From Minisyncoccota bacterium (GTDB lineage Bacteria > Patescibacteriota > Minisyncoccia > RBG-13-40-8-A): 64,000 bases of DNA. The stretch's first letter is position 1. Every line of letters begins with the position of its first letter. A model generated the notes under the pieces. The model searched no databases. It was given only the letters and a program-made list of their open reading frames with translations, and was not told the DNA's origin. The DNA lies in contig DATKZC010000025.1 of NCBI GenBank assembly GCA_035528175.1, forward strand, positions 431 to 64,430, written 5' to 3'. The translations under genes and the position numbers were made by a program. This document shows, piece after piece, positions 1 to 9,300 of the stretch.

Positions 1-626
1 ACAAATTTTGTCCCTTTAATTTCTTTTATTGCTGCATTGATAATAAATTCCACCTTTCCCGTTTTAGCCAATTTTTCTTTATTAATCGGGTCGCCTTTCA
101 TTGCATCAAAAAATTCTAAGATATAAACTTTTTTGGCATATTTCACCAAATCTAGCGCTGTGCTGAAACCGGAATTCCCTCCACCCGCAACTGCCACCTC
201 TTTGTCTTTAAACATCGGCGCATCGCAGGTTGCGCAAATACTCACCCCTTTTCCTTTAAATTCTTCTTCGCCTAAAACATCCAACATTCGCGGAATCTTG
301 CCAGTGGCAACAATGACTGCCCTCGCTTCATATTCTAGCTCATTGTCTCTTACTAAAAAATTATCGCCTTTTTTATCCAAATTAATCACTTCTTTATTCT
401 GTTTTATTTCGATTTCAAATTCTTTAAGATGTTCTGTCATCTGCCTAATCAACTCTGTACCTGAAATAATCTTCGTTCCTGGCCAATTTCCAATTTCATT
501 AGCTTTGACTATCTGCCCGCCCCACTCTTTGGTAATTAAAAGAGTTTTTAGTTTTTTCCTAGCAGCATAAATCCCGGCAGTTATTCCGGCCGGACCTCCG
601 CCAATAATGATTAAATCGTATATCAT
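1..626 (-). CDS. trxB: Thioredoxin-disulfide reductase (FAD/NAD-binding), partial; the C-terminus runs off the window
   Basis: Minus-strand translation from the ATG at 624-626 begins MIYDLIIIGGGPAGITAGIYAARK (GxGxxG FAD site) and contains CATCDAPMF (the CxxC redox centre of TrxR). The 133-570 plus-strand ORF in the track is a shadow ORF of this gene. Confidence 0.8.
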   Translation of the reverse strand, partial: MIYDLIIIGGGPAGITAGIYAARKKLKTLLITKEWGGQIVKANEIGNWPGTKIISGTELIRQMTEHLKEFEIEIKQNKEVINLDKKGDNFLVRDNELEYEARAVIVATGKIPRMLDVLGEEEFKGKGVSICATCDAPMFKDKEVAVAGGGNSGFSTALDLVKYAKKVYILEFFDAMKGDPINKEKLAKTGKVEFIINAAIKEIKGTKF

Positions 627-850
627 AATTTCAATAATTGCTTAATGCGTTCTTGATTAAATCCTATAATAATTTCCCCATCAATATCTATGACCGGTAC
701 TCCGTATTGCCCTGATTTTTCAATCATTTCTTTTTGGGCTTCTAAATCCTGCGAAACATCAATGTCCTGAAATTCTATATTGCGTTCTTTTAAATAACCT
801 TTGAGCGCTACGCAATAAGGGCAGCTCGGAGTTGAAAATACTCTTACCAT
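623..850 (-). CDS. Glutaredoxin-like / NrdH-like small redox protein
   Basis: 75 aa, N-terminal FSTPSCPYCVALKGYL carries a CPYC active site, and a conserved GVPVIDIDGE motif typical of glutaredoxin/NrdH. It overlaps the trxB start by 4 bp, so an operon is likely. Confidence 0.7.
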   Translation of the reverse strand: MVRVFSTPSCPYCVALKGYLKERNIEFQDIDVSQDLEAQKEMIEKSGQYGVPVIDIDGEIIIGFNQERIKQLLKL

Positions 851-854
851 AAAA

Positions 855-1280
855 TTATATACTTAATGAGTCCTTAATTTTTTGCATTATCTCTTCAAGT
901 TTTTCTTCTAACGCATTTTTTAAATTTTCTTTCTGTTTTTCTATCGCTTTTTGAATTGCTTTATTCAGCGCATCTTTGGCTTTATTTAAATACGACTCAT
1001 AAATGCCTTTCAGTTTCTCGGCTAATTCCATGTTTCCCTTTAAAAGCATTTCTTTGGCTTCTGCTGCTCTTTTCTCTGCGAATGCCTTATATCTTTCCGC
1101 TCTGTTCTCAGCGCCAAAGGTGAAAAATGTAACAATTTTTTCCCACCAGATTTTCAGAAAATAAAACTTACTGTCAGCGGGTATCTTGGGTCCTGGCAAA
1201 TCATTGGGAAATCCTGCCAACGCATAAGCAGTTGATGCTAAAAATCCCAAAATTACCAAAACTAAAATCATTTTTTTCAT
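855..1280 (-). CDS. Secreted or periplasmic coiled-coil protein of unknown function
   Basis: N-terminal hydrophobic signal peptide (MKKMILVLVILGFLASTAYA) followed by a K/E-rich helical region. Confidence 0.35.
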   Translation of the reverse strand: MKKMILVLVILGFLASTAYALAGFPNDLPGPKIPADSKFYFLKIWWEKIVTFFTFGAENRAERYKAFAEKRAAEAKEMLLKGNMELAEKLKGIYESYLNKAKDALNKAIQKAIEKQKENLKNALEEKLEEIMQKIKDSLSI

Positions 1281-1309
1281 ATTTTTATTATATCACAAAA
1301 TTAAAATAG

Positions 1310-2179
1310 CTACACGTTTCCCGGATATACATATTTTAATCCCATTTTCTTGCCGATTTCAACCGCTTGATAAATTTTTTCTACTGGCGTAAATGGAATG
1401 TCTGATAATTTGTATTGCGGGAAAAAGCGTGAAACGTGCCAAGGAATTTCGTCTCCTAATTCTTTTTTAATAAATTCGGCAATATTTTTTAATTCTTGTT
1501 CTGAATCATTCTTGCCTGGAATGATTAGAGTGGTAATTTCTAAGTGGATTTTTCTTTTTTTAATATCAACCAGATTTTCCAAAACCGGCTTAAGCCGCGC
1601 TCCACAAATTTCTTGATAAAATTCTTCTGTAAATGCTTTCAAATCAATATTAATTGCATCCAAATACGCCTCGATTAAATCCAGTGTCTCTTTAGTCATA
1701 TAACCATTGGAAACCCAGATATTTTTTAGTCCTTTCTTATGCGCCAATTTCATACAATCCAAAGCAAATTCCACAAAAATAGTTGGCTCAGCATAAGTAT
1801 AAGAAATGCTCGGGCATTTACCATCTAGGGCGTCTTGAACAATCTGTTCTGGGATCAAGGTCTTGCCACCGACACTCCCCGCGGTCGGAACCTGTGATAT
1901 GTCCGCATTCTGACAATGCAAACATCGAAAATTACAGCCAGCCGTGGCGAAAGATAAAGAAAAAGTCCCTGGCAAAAAATGATACAGGGGCTTTTTCTCA
2001 ATCGGGTCAATATGTTCGGCAATTATCTTGCCATAGACCAAACTATACAATTTCCCATTTCGATTTTCACGTACTTTGCAGATTCCGCGCTTTTTATCCA
2101 ATATAACGCATTTATGATTACACGCATTGCATTGAACTTTACTACCACCTAATTTTTTGTAAAGTAATGCTTCTTTCAT
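1310..2179 (-). CDS. Radical SAM enzyme (AmmeMemoRadiSam-system / PFL-activating-enzyme-like family)
   Basis: GCNFRCLHCQN is a CxxxCxxC radical SAM cluster motif. An N-terminal Cys-rich segment (CNACNHKC) is typical of AmrS-like rSAM enzymes. Confidence 0.6.
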   Translation of the reverse strand: MKEALLYKKLGGSKVQCNACNHKCVILDKKRGICKVRENRNGKLYSLVYGKIIAEHIDPIEKKPLYHFLPGTFSLSFATAGCNFRCLHCQNADISQVPTAGSVGGKTLIPEQIVQDALDGKCPSISYTYAEPTIFVEFALDCMKLAHKKGLKNIWVSNGYMTKETLDLIEAYLDAINIDLKAFTEEFYQEICGARLKPVLENLVDIKKRKIHLEITTLIIPGKNDSEQELKNIAEFIKKELGDEIPWHVSRFFPQYKLSDIPFTPVEKIYQAVEIGKKMGLKYVYPGNV

Positions 2180-2186
2180 GTTTTAA

Positions 2187-3110
2187 TTATTCACACTCAC
2201 CGGCTGCAGTCGTATCAGGGCTATTGCCTAAACTTGTGGAACATTCTGATGGCGCGGTGTTAAATCCTGCGCAAATAGCGGATTTATAACCTTCTGCGCT
2301 TCTTGTTCCTGTAAACTCTTTATCATTAATTATAAGCTGGGGCGAACCACTGATGTCGTATTTCTTGCCTAATTCAACTTCATTCTCTAATAAAGAAATC
2401 TTTTCCTCTGCGAAGCAAGTTTTTACATTATTGACATCAACTCCCGAACTTTTAGCAACATTTTCCCAGCAAGCATCAACATCTTGATAATTACAAGAAG
2501 TATTTATTTGCTTTACAAAACCCCAGAATTTTTCTTTTTGATATTTCTGCACGCATAATTCTCGCACATCCTGGTTTAATTCCTGTATTCCATGCATTGA
2601 GCAATATTTGCTTTCAGCTACACAGTAATCCGAGCCACCGCCTTGATAATTTTCGTAAATCACATAATGAAGTTCAATATCCACTTTGTCCCCTAATAAA
2701 TTAACCACTGGTATTATTATTTCTTCTGCCTGATTTCCATAAGGACAAAAACTCATTACAAATAAATCAGCCTTTGTTTTGTCTTGTTTTGGTATGTCGC
2801 TATTGGCATCGCCATTGACAGTTGTGTCTTCTGTAATTGCTATGCCGCTTGGAAATATTAATTCTCCATCAAGAGAAATATATGAGATCATATCCTGTTC
2901 TCCGATTTTGAGATTTAATTTATACACTCCATTTTCTTTTACCACATCTCCGACTAATATTGCAGTAGCCTGACCTTCTAATACTTTATTAACATAATCT
3001 ATAACTATCTTACCGGCCTCTTTTGAAGATATCCCCTTTTGACTGTAAAGCACTTGAGCAATACCCAAAACAATCAAAATTATAATTATTGGAACTAAAA
3101 ATTTTTTCAT
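2187..3110 (-). CDS. Membrane-anchored thioredoxin-fold protein (DsbA-like thiol-disulfide oxidoreductase) with a Cys-rich C-terminus
   Basis: Start chosen at the internal M (MKKFLVPIIIILIVLGIA signal anchor). The longer ORF in the track would overlap the nifU-like gene. FCPYGNQ is a CPYG thioredoxin-like active site. The C-terminal 120 aa carry about 10 Cys. Confidence 0.5.
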   Translation of the reverse strand: MKKFLVPIIIILIVLGIAQVLYSQKGISSKEAGKIVIDYVNKVLEGQATAILVGDVVKENGVYKLNLKIGEQDMISYISLDGELIFPSGIAITEDTTVNGDANSDIPKQDKTKADLFVMSFCPYGNQAEEIIIPVVNLLGDKVDIELHYVIYENYQGGGSDYCVAESKYCSMHGIQELNQDVRELCVQKYQKEKFWGFVKQINTSCNYQDVDACWENVAKSSGVDVNNVKTCFAEEKISLLENEVELGKKYDISGSPQLIINDKEFTGTRSAEGYKSAICAGFNTAPSECSTSLGNSPDTTAAGECE

Positions 3111-3150
3111 ACTTTGTCCCGCCGTAGCTTTAGCGAAGGCGGAATTTACT

Positions 3151-3519
3151 TTATTTATACTTATTAATCGCATCGCTTAATGCCTCAGTGACTAACTGAG
3201 CACAATGAATTTTTAATGGAGGCAATGTTCCCAATTCATCAGAAACATCCTGAAAATCAATTTTTAATGCCTGCTCTAATGTCTTGCCTTTTGCCAACTT
3301 ACAAATCATGTCTGAAGAAGCAATGGCTGAGGCGCAGCCCAATGTTTCGAATTTAATGCCTTTTATTCTCCTGCTTTTTTCGTCAATTTTCAAATATAAA
3401 GTCAGTAAATCTCCGCAACGCGGATTACCGGCTTTCCCAATCACATCCGGATTATTAATTTTACCAAAAAACTTGGGATTAGTAAAATGCTGCATTATTT
3501 GTTTGTTATAAATAGGCAT
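3151..3519 (-). CDS. nifU: NifU/IscU-type Fe-S cluster scaffold
   Basis: PRCGDLL, GCASAIASS and HCAQL give the three conserved Cys of U-type scaffolds. It sits directly downstream of the cysteine desulfurase. Confidence 0.8.
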   Translation of the reverse strand: MPIYNKQIMQHFTNPKFFGKINNPDVIGKAGNPRCGDLLTLYLKIDEKSRRIKGIKFETLGCASAIASSDMICKLAKGKTLEQALKIDFQDVSDELGTLPPLKIHCAQLVTEALSDAINKYK

Positions 3520-3523
3520 ATAT

Positions 3524-4717
3524 TTAACGTCCGGAAATTTTTCTTAGTTTTTCTACTACCCTAGGTAATATTTTAATAAAATAATCTATTTCTTTCACTG
3601 TTGTATATCTTCCCATACTCACCCTTAAACTTGAATGCGCGTCTAATTCGGGTAATCCCATTGCGATTAAAACATGCGACGGCATCAAAGAAGTTGAGGT
3701 GCAGGCCGAGCCGGTTGAAACAGCAATCCCTTCTTCGTTTAAAGCAATAACCAGGCTTTCCCCTTCAACTCCCAAAAAACTGAAATTAACGATGTTCGGC
3801 AGTCTTTCTTCTGGTCGTTTCGAACCATTAACCTTGCTGCCTTGGACGTTTTCTAGAACACCGTCTACTAATTTATTCCTTAATATTTCCATTTTTCGAA
3901 TTTCGGCTTTCGTATTTCGGATTTTTGCAATTACCTCCCCTATGCCGACAATACCGGCAACGTTTTCCGTCCCTGCCCTCAATTTCCATTCATGGCTCCC
4001 GCCAGTAATTAACGACGCAATCGGCGTACCCTCTTTAATATAGAGAATCCCAACTCCTTTTGGCCCATAAATTTTATGGGCTGAAAGTGTTAACAAATCA
4101 ACTTTCAAATCATCAACTCTACAATCCAGCCAATTCGCTGCCTGGACCGCGTCAACGTGGAAATAAGTCGGATGCTCTTCGTTTTTGTTGATTTCACTAA
4201 TAATTTTTCCGATTTTCTTAATTGACTGCACAGAACCAATCTCATTATTCGCGTACATTATTGAAACTAAATCAGTTTCCGGAGTAATCTCGGCTCTAAG
4301 ATCATCCAAATTTATCAAACCATCCGGCCCTACTGGCAAATAAGTTATTCTGATTCCTTCTTTTTCCAAATCCCTGCAGGTTTCCAACACTGCCTTGTGC
4401 TCTATTTTTGAAGTAATAATATGAATTCTCTCCCCTGCTTGTTTTTTATGTTTTAATGCTTTTATTAAGCCCCTAATCGCAAGATTATCGCTTTCTGACG
4501 CAGAGCCCGTAAAAACAATTTCCATTGGCTTGCAGTTTAAAAATCTAGCCACTTTTTTCCTGGCTTCATCGATCGCGCTACTTCCTTCCTGACCGAATTT
4601 ATGGATGGACGACGGATTGCCATATTTATCAGTTAAATACGGCATCATTTTTTTCAAAACCCCGGCATCCAATGGTGTCGTAGCAGCATAATCTAAATAA
4701 ATCCTTGACTTACTCAT
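3524..4717 (-). CDS. nifS: Cysteine desulfurase (class V aminotransferase, NifS/IscS type)
   Basis: YLDYAATTP start, SAHKIYGPKGVG PLP-lysine region and SGSACTS active-site Cys loop. Confidence 0.85.
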   Translation of the reverse strand: MSKSRIYLDYAATTPLDAGVLKKMMPYLTDKYGNPSSIHKFGQEGSSAIDEARKKVARFLNCKPMEIVFTGSASESDNLAIRGLIKALKHKKQAGERIHIITSKIEHKAVLETCRDLEKEGIRITYLPVGPDGLINLDDLRAEITPETDLVSIMYANNEIGSVQSIKKIGKIISEINKNEEHPTYFHVDAVQAANWLDCRVDDLKVDLLTLSAHKIYGPKGVGILYIKEGTPIASLITGGSHEWKLRAGTENVAGIVGIGEVIAKIRNTKAEIRKMEILRNKLVDGVLENVQGSKVNGSKRPEERLPNIVNFSFLGVEGESLVIALNEEGIAVSTGSACTSTSLMPSHVLIAMGLPELDAHSSLRVSMGRYTTVKEIDYFIKILPRVVEKLRKISGR

Positions 4718-4721
4718 AATA

Positions 4722-5606
4722 TTATATTACCAAAAGACTTAATCCTATACAAATAAAAATGATGGCGATGATTTTTTGAATAAGAACCTCTTTATTAAAC
4801 TGTTCTTTCAAAACCGGAATCTTCTTCAATAATAATAAAGCCAAAATCAAAACAAAAACATACTGTAATCCTTGAAAAGCAATTGTCAGGGTTACGCTTC
4901 CCAAAAATGCTGCTAAATACAAAAACAAACTTCCAGCAACATTAAAAAGCCTGCCGAATATAAAAAATTTTGTTGTTTTTGATTTAACCTGCTTTGTTTC
5001 TGAAAATATAAGCTCTCGATTCTTTTTTGAAAACAATAAAGTCAGAGCTATTAATACTACTCCAACCCTTACCCATATCAGACCGCTGACAAAATTGGTT
5101 CCCAAAAATAAATACTTAGTGATTACCCAAAAAAGCGCAAAGAGAAAGGCCGAAACAATAGATAGCCCCAAAACTCCATTCCTCAAAAAATGTTTTCTTC
5201 TAAACCCTATAACTAGGCATCCTAAAACCAATAATACAAAGGCTATTATTTGTCGAAGAGTCAAAAACTCTTTTATAATAGAAGAACTCAAAATTAAAAC
5301 AAATACTGAACTCACGGCGCCTACAAAAGGCACGACCCTAGAAATTTCTTCTCTGTTCACGGCTTTATAAAAAAGCAAAAAACCGCTAATTTGCGCAACT
5401 CCAGCAACCAAACTCCAGAAAATTTCCGCGCCATTGGGCATTACAAACCCGAATGGAATTAGAACTAAAACAAATATACCTAAAACCCCAACATAGAAAG
5501 AATAAACCACTTGGTGTGGCATCGACCTAGAAAGGATATATTTGTCAAATATAAAGACTAATGCGTAGAAAAACTGGGCTAAAATTACTAATAAAATCCA
5601 ACTCAT
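4722..5606 (-). CDS. DMT/EamA-like 10-TM transporter
   Basis: Entirely hydrophobic with about 10 predicted TM helices in two-halves architecture. No catalytic motifs. Confidence 0.45.
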   Translation of the reverse strand: MSWILLVILAQFFYALVFIFDKYILSRSMPHQVVYSFYVGVLGIFVLVLIPFGFVMPNGAEIFWSLVAGVAQISGFLLFYKAVNREEISRVVPFVGAVSSVFVLILSSSIIKEFLTLRQIIAFVLLVLGCLVIGFRRKHFLRNGVLGLSIVSAFLFALFWVITKYLFLGTNFVSGLIWVRVGVVLIALTLLFSKKNRELIFSETKQVKSKTTKFFIFGRLFNVAGSLFLYLAAFLGSVTLTIAFQGLQYVFVLILALLLLKKIPVLKEQFNKEVLIQKIIAIIFICIGLSLLVI

Positions 5607-6727
5607 AAATTTGTTCCATTATTCTTACAAATTTCCGCGTAAACTCTGCTACTGGGGCGCGGAATTCGTTGAAAGGTTTTGTAATCAATTTCAATCAAGC
5701 CAAAACGTGGCTCAAATCCTTTATCCCACTCAAAATTATCCAATAACGACCAATGGAAATATCCGCGTACATCAACCCCTTCTTCAATTGCCTTATAAAC
5801 CCACTTCAAATGCTCAATAATGAATTTTGTTCGTTTTTCATCCTTGGCATCAGCCAAACCATTTTCCGTAATGTAAATCGGCTTGTTATATTTTTTAAAA
5901 TCTTTTAAAACATGATAAATCCCTTCGGGGTATATTTCCCAACCGATATCTGTTCTCTTTCTATGAGAAAGTTTTAATATCTCAGATAATGAATGGTGAA
6001 AATAATAATTCAGACCAATAAAATCATGATGATTTTCTATTTTATTTAAAAATTTTTGATTCCAGAATGTATTTAAAATTTTTAAAAATCCTTTAAAATG
6101 AGTATAGTTTTGAGCTATGCCAACAAAAGCATCGGGAGAAATTTTGTGAATTAATTCATAAATCTCCTTGTGGGTTATAATCAATTGTTTACAAACTCTG
6201 CGAAATTTAAACCAATTTTTTATAAATGGTGGCCACTTACCTATTAAAAAAGACAGAACGGCATAAACATTGTCTGGCTCATTTAAAGTAATCCAAAATT
6301 TAACCAGGTCTTTATATTCCGAGACAATTTTCCCGACAAATCGCCCGAAATCTTTCGGCGCATCTTCATTCAGCCAACCTCCCTTTTCAACGAACCAAAT
6401 CGGCAAAGTCCAGTGATATAAGGTCATAAACGGCTCCAGCCCCCTTTCTTTAAGTGCCAAAATTACTTTTCTGTAATGCTCAATTTCTTTTTGGTCAAAT
6501 TTTCCTTCCTCGGGTTCGATACGAGCCCATTCGATTGAAAATCTATGGGCATTATTATTCAGTGATTTCGCTAAATCAAAATCTTCTTCAAATTTATGAT
6601 AATGGTCGCAAGCAATACCTGCGTCAAACTTTTTTCCAATCATTGACCAATCATTCTTTATTCCTCCCTCCACTTGATATGCAGATGTAGCTGTACCCCA
6701 ATAAAAATTTTCTGGGAATTTTAACAT
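5603..6727 (-). CDS. Glycoside hydrolase family 1 beta-glucosidase, cytoplasmic
   Basis: FYWGTATSAYQVEGG N-terminal GH1 signature, LNEP acid/base region and ITENG nucleophile motif (YITENGLAD). Confidence 0.85.
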   Translation of the reverse strand: MLKFPENFYWGTATSAYQVEGGIKNDWSMIGKKFDAGIACDHYHKFEEDFDLAKSLNNNAHRFSIEWARIEPEEGKFDQKEIEHYRKVILALKERGLEPFMTLYHWTLPIWFVEKGGWLNEDAPKDFGRFVGKIVSEYKDLVKFWITLNEPDNVYAVLSFLIGKWPPFIKNWFKFRRVCKQLIITHKEIYELIHKISPDAFVGIAQNYTHFKGFLKILNTFWNQKFLNKIENHHDFIGLNYYFHHSLSEILKLSHRKRTDIGWEIYPEGIYHVLKDFKKYNKPIYITENGLADAKDEKRTKFIIEHLKWVYKAIEEGVDVRGYFHWSLLDNFEWDKGFEPRFGLIEIDYKTFQRIPRPSSRVYAEICKNNGTNL

Positions 6728-7887
6728 TACTGCACGATTAAAATATTGTTATAATTCTCGGTCAGCATTTTTTCCGCTTTTTTGGTTTTTACATTTAATC
6801 TCATAATATTAAACATATTCACCTCTTCTCCTTCTGCCCTTTCAAGAAAGTATAAAGAATTACTGGAACCGTCAAATGCCAGCTGGCTGATATAGCTTCC
6901 GGAATATATCTCATTATCCGTTTCCTTATATAAATCAACCAAGTGGATTGTTTCAATTATTTCATTGTTTTTACCCGACTTCTGTTCTGTGTAAAAAAAT
7001 CCTTTTTCTGTATCCAACCAGATTTTGTCACTAATTCTATCTGTGGTTAAAACCGGTTTGTAGTCTCTTTTTTCGAAATCGCCCAAATAAAGTTCGGTAA
7101 TTTCCTTGTTGTTTTTCCTGCTGTAGATCTCATAAAGAAACATTTTGCCGCTTGGCGAAAATTCTATGTTCTGGCAATTAGTCAAATTGGCGTCGCAGCT
7201 TTTTGGAATTATGTATTCTACTTTCTTGGTTTCTATATTTATTCTGCCTAAGCTTTTAATATTCGCGTCAAAAATCCCCTGGAAATAAATATAATCCTCA
7301 TTCCAACGTTTTAATAAAAGCACATTTTCCTCAAATTTTGCTAATAACTGCGGACCTTCGCCATCTGCTATGCTTATCCATAATTCCCTTTTTGTATTAT
7401 TTGTCTCTATTTCTTCATAGGTTGAATCTTTAATTTCTTTAATCCAGGCAATACTATTACTATCCGGAGAAAAAACCAAGCTGGTTGAATCAATCGGTTG
7501 TTCAATTTTCTTTTCTGTGCCGGTTCTTAGATTAACTAGAATCGGATCATAATAAATTCTGCTTGCCACCATGCCATCGCCTAAATCCTCTATTTGTTCC
7601 TCTTTTGACTTTTTAGAATAAATCAATTGGCGCCTGTCCGGCGAAATAAAAGAGTGGCGGGGCGGCTTGTATTTGCCCAAATCAACTTCCTGAGCAGCAA
7701 CTGCGACGATTTTCTCGCCTTCGCCTTTATTATCTAATAAAAACAAATTAGCTTTATTCTCGTTAAGTCGGTAATAAAAAACCCCTTCGCCCAGTTTCGG
7801 GCTAAGAATTTTCCAAAGCAGAATTCCAAGAATAATACCGATTAGAACTGCTATTAAAATAAAGAAAGTTAATCGCTTTCTCTCCAT
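6727..7887 (-). CDS. Membrane-anchored beta-propeller (TolB/PD40-like) protein
   Basis: N-terminal TM anchor, then repeated SPD..IA(W/F) segments (SPDRRQLIY, SPDSNSIAWI, SPSGKMFLY) typical of PD40 blades. Confidence 0.4.
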   Translation of the reverse strand: MERKRLTFFILIAVLIGIILGILLWKILSPKLGEGVFYYRLNENKANLFLLDNKGEGEKIVAVAAQEVDLGKYKPPRHSFISPDRRQLIYSKKSKEEQIEDLGDGMVASRIYYDPILVNLRTGTEKKIEQPIDSTSLVFSPDSNSIAWIKEIKDSTYEEIETNNTKRELWISIADGEGPQLLAKFEENVLLLKRWNEDYIYFQGIFDANIKSLGRINIETKKVEYIIPKSCDANLTNCQNIEFSPSGKMFLYEIYSRKNNKEITELYLGDFEKRDYKPVLTTDRISDKIWLDTEKGFFYTEQKSGKNNEIIETIHLVDLYKETDNEIYSGSYISQLAFDGSSNSLYFLERAEGEEVNMFNIMRLNVKTKKAEKMLTENYNNILIVQ

Positions 7888-7957
7888 GGAATCAATATAT
7901 CACGAAATTAATCAACCTGCAATATTTCTTGACAAGTTCTTCTAAAAGGCCGGCACA

Positions 7958-7987
7958 ACAAAAAAGGGGTGGTCTAGGACCACCCCT
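7958..7987 (-). terminator. Rho-independent terminator for tyrS
   Basis: GGGGTGGTC-TAG-GACCACCCC hairpin at 7966-7986. On the minus strand it is followed by a U-run (A-run 7959-7965 on the plus strand). Confidence 0.6.
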
Positions 7988-8008
7988 ACTTTATTTCTGA
8001 AATCAAAT

Positions 8009-9193
8009 TTATACGATTTTCACAAAAAATCGTTTTCCTTTTTGAATAATACTATTTCGATTAACTATAATGTCAATCGATTTTATTTCTTCGCCGTCAA
8101 TTTCAATCCCGCCCTGTTCAATCAATCTTTTTGCGTCTCCCCTACTCGTTGCTAAATTTGTCTCGACTAAAACATCAACAATATTCTTTCCTGCTAATTT
8201 ATATTCTTGGATTTCATCCGGTAAATCTTTTTTCTGGAAAACCGAGACAAAATATTTTTTGCCATTTTCTGCGCCTTTTTCTCCCCAATATATTTTTACA
8301 ATTTCAAAAGCCAATTCCATCTTAATATCGCGCGGATTTGTTGTTTCCAGTAATAATTGCTTTTCGTATCCTCTGATTTTATCCATATCAATGCGAGTAC
8401 AATGCACAAAATAAGTAATAATCAAATCATCAGAAATGCTCATCACTTTTCCAAACATATCTTCTGGTTTATCTGTAATATTAATTGTGTTTCCCCAACT
8501 TGAGCTCATTTTTCTGCTATCGGTTCCCAGAATCAAATTAGTCATTAAAATGTCCTGCGCTTCTTGTTTGTAATGTTCCTGTAGAGTCCTGCCTGCCAAT
8601 AAATTAAATCTCTGGTCTGTTCCGCCAAGTTCAACATCAACCTTAGTGGCAATACTGTCATAGCCCTGCATTAGAGGATATAATAACTCTCTCAAAGAAA
8701 CGTGCCTTCCTTCTTCTAATCTTTTTCTGATATTCTCTCTGGCAATGAACTCCCCTAATGAAAACTGGTTTGCTAATCTGCCGATTTCACTGAAATTAAG
8801 TTTTTTAAGCCATTTTGAATTATGTTCAATTTTGGCTTTTTTAATATTGATAATCTTTCCTGTCTGCTCAACATAATTTTTCATATTTTTCTTAATCTGC
8901 TCCTCGGAAAGCATCGGCCTTTCGGAGTCCTTGTCAGAAGTATCGCCTACCATGCCCGTAAAGTCGCCTATAACAAAAATAATCTCGTGGCCAAGCTCCT
9001 GAAAGTCCCTCATTTTCAGCAATGTGACTGCTCTACCAATATGGATATTAGGGCTGGTGGGGTCAATTCCAAGCTTTACTCTTAATTTTTTGCCAGACAT
9101 CAATTTCTCACGCAAGTGCTTTAAATCAATCACCTCGCTCACCCCACGGGTCAGTATCTCTTCTATTTTGTTTTCATCAACTTTTATACTCAT
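8009..9193 (-). CDS. tyrS: Tyrosyl-tRNA synthetase
   Basis: GIDPTSPNIHIGR (HIGH-class motif), KMSSS (KMSKS motif) and a C-terminal S4-like RNA-binding domain (RLIEQGGIEIDGEEI). Confidence 0.85.
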   Translation of the reverse strand: MSIKVDENKIEEILTRGVSEVIDLKHLREKLMSGKKLRVKLGIDPTSPNIHIGRAVTLLKMRDFQELGHEIIFVIGDFTGMVGDTSDKDSERPMLSEEQIKKNMKNYVEQTGKIINIKKAKIEHNSKWLKKLNFSEIGRLANQFSLGEFIARENIRKRLEEGRHVSLRELLYPLMQGYDSIATKVDVELGGTDQRFNLLAGRTLQEHYKQEAQDILMTNLILGTDSRKMSSSWGNTINITDKPEDMFGKVMSISDDLIITYFVHCTRIDMDKIRGYEKQLLLETTNPRDIKMELAFEIVKIYWGEKGAENGKKYFVSVFQKKDLPDEIQEYKLAGKNIVDVLVETNLATSRGDAKRLIEQGGIEIDGEEIKSIDIIVNRNSIIQKGKRFFVKIV

Positions 9194-9225
9194 AATTTTA
9201 TTATAGCAAAATTTCTAAAACCTAT

Positions 9226-9296
9226 CTGCGGGACAGGGATTCGAACCCCGATCGACTCCTTCAAAGGGAGCTGTCCTACCATTAGACGATCCCGCA
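9226..9296 (-). tRNA. tRNA-Gln (anticodon UUG), 71 nt, CCA not encoded
   Basis: Reverse complement reads TGCGGGA-TC-GTCT-AATGGTA-GGAC-A-GCTCC-CTTTGAA-GGAGT-CGAT-CGGGG-TTCGAAT-CCCTG-TCCCGCA-G. It has a 7-bp acceptor stem, T-loop TTCGAAT, anticodon loop CU-UUG-AA, a U1:A72 pair and G73 discriminator, as in bacterial tRNA-Gln. Confidence 0.7.
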
Positions 9297-9300
9297 ATGA

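Noticed and set aside
133-570. 145-aa plus-strand ORF at the window start
   Set aside because: It lies entirely antisense to a clearly recognisable thioredoxin reductase on the minus strand (GGGPAG FAD motif, CATC redox centre), and its low-complexity S/L/P-rich translation is typical of a shadow ORF.
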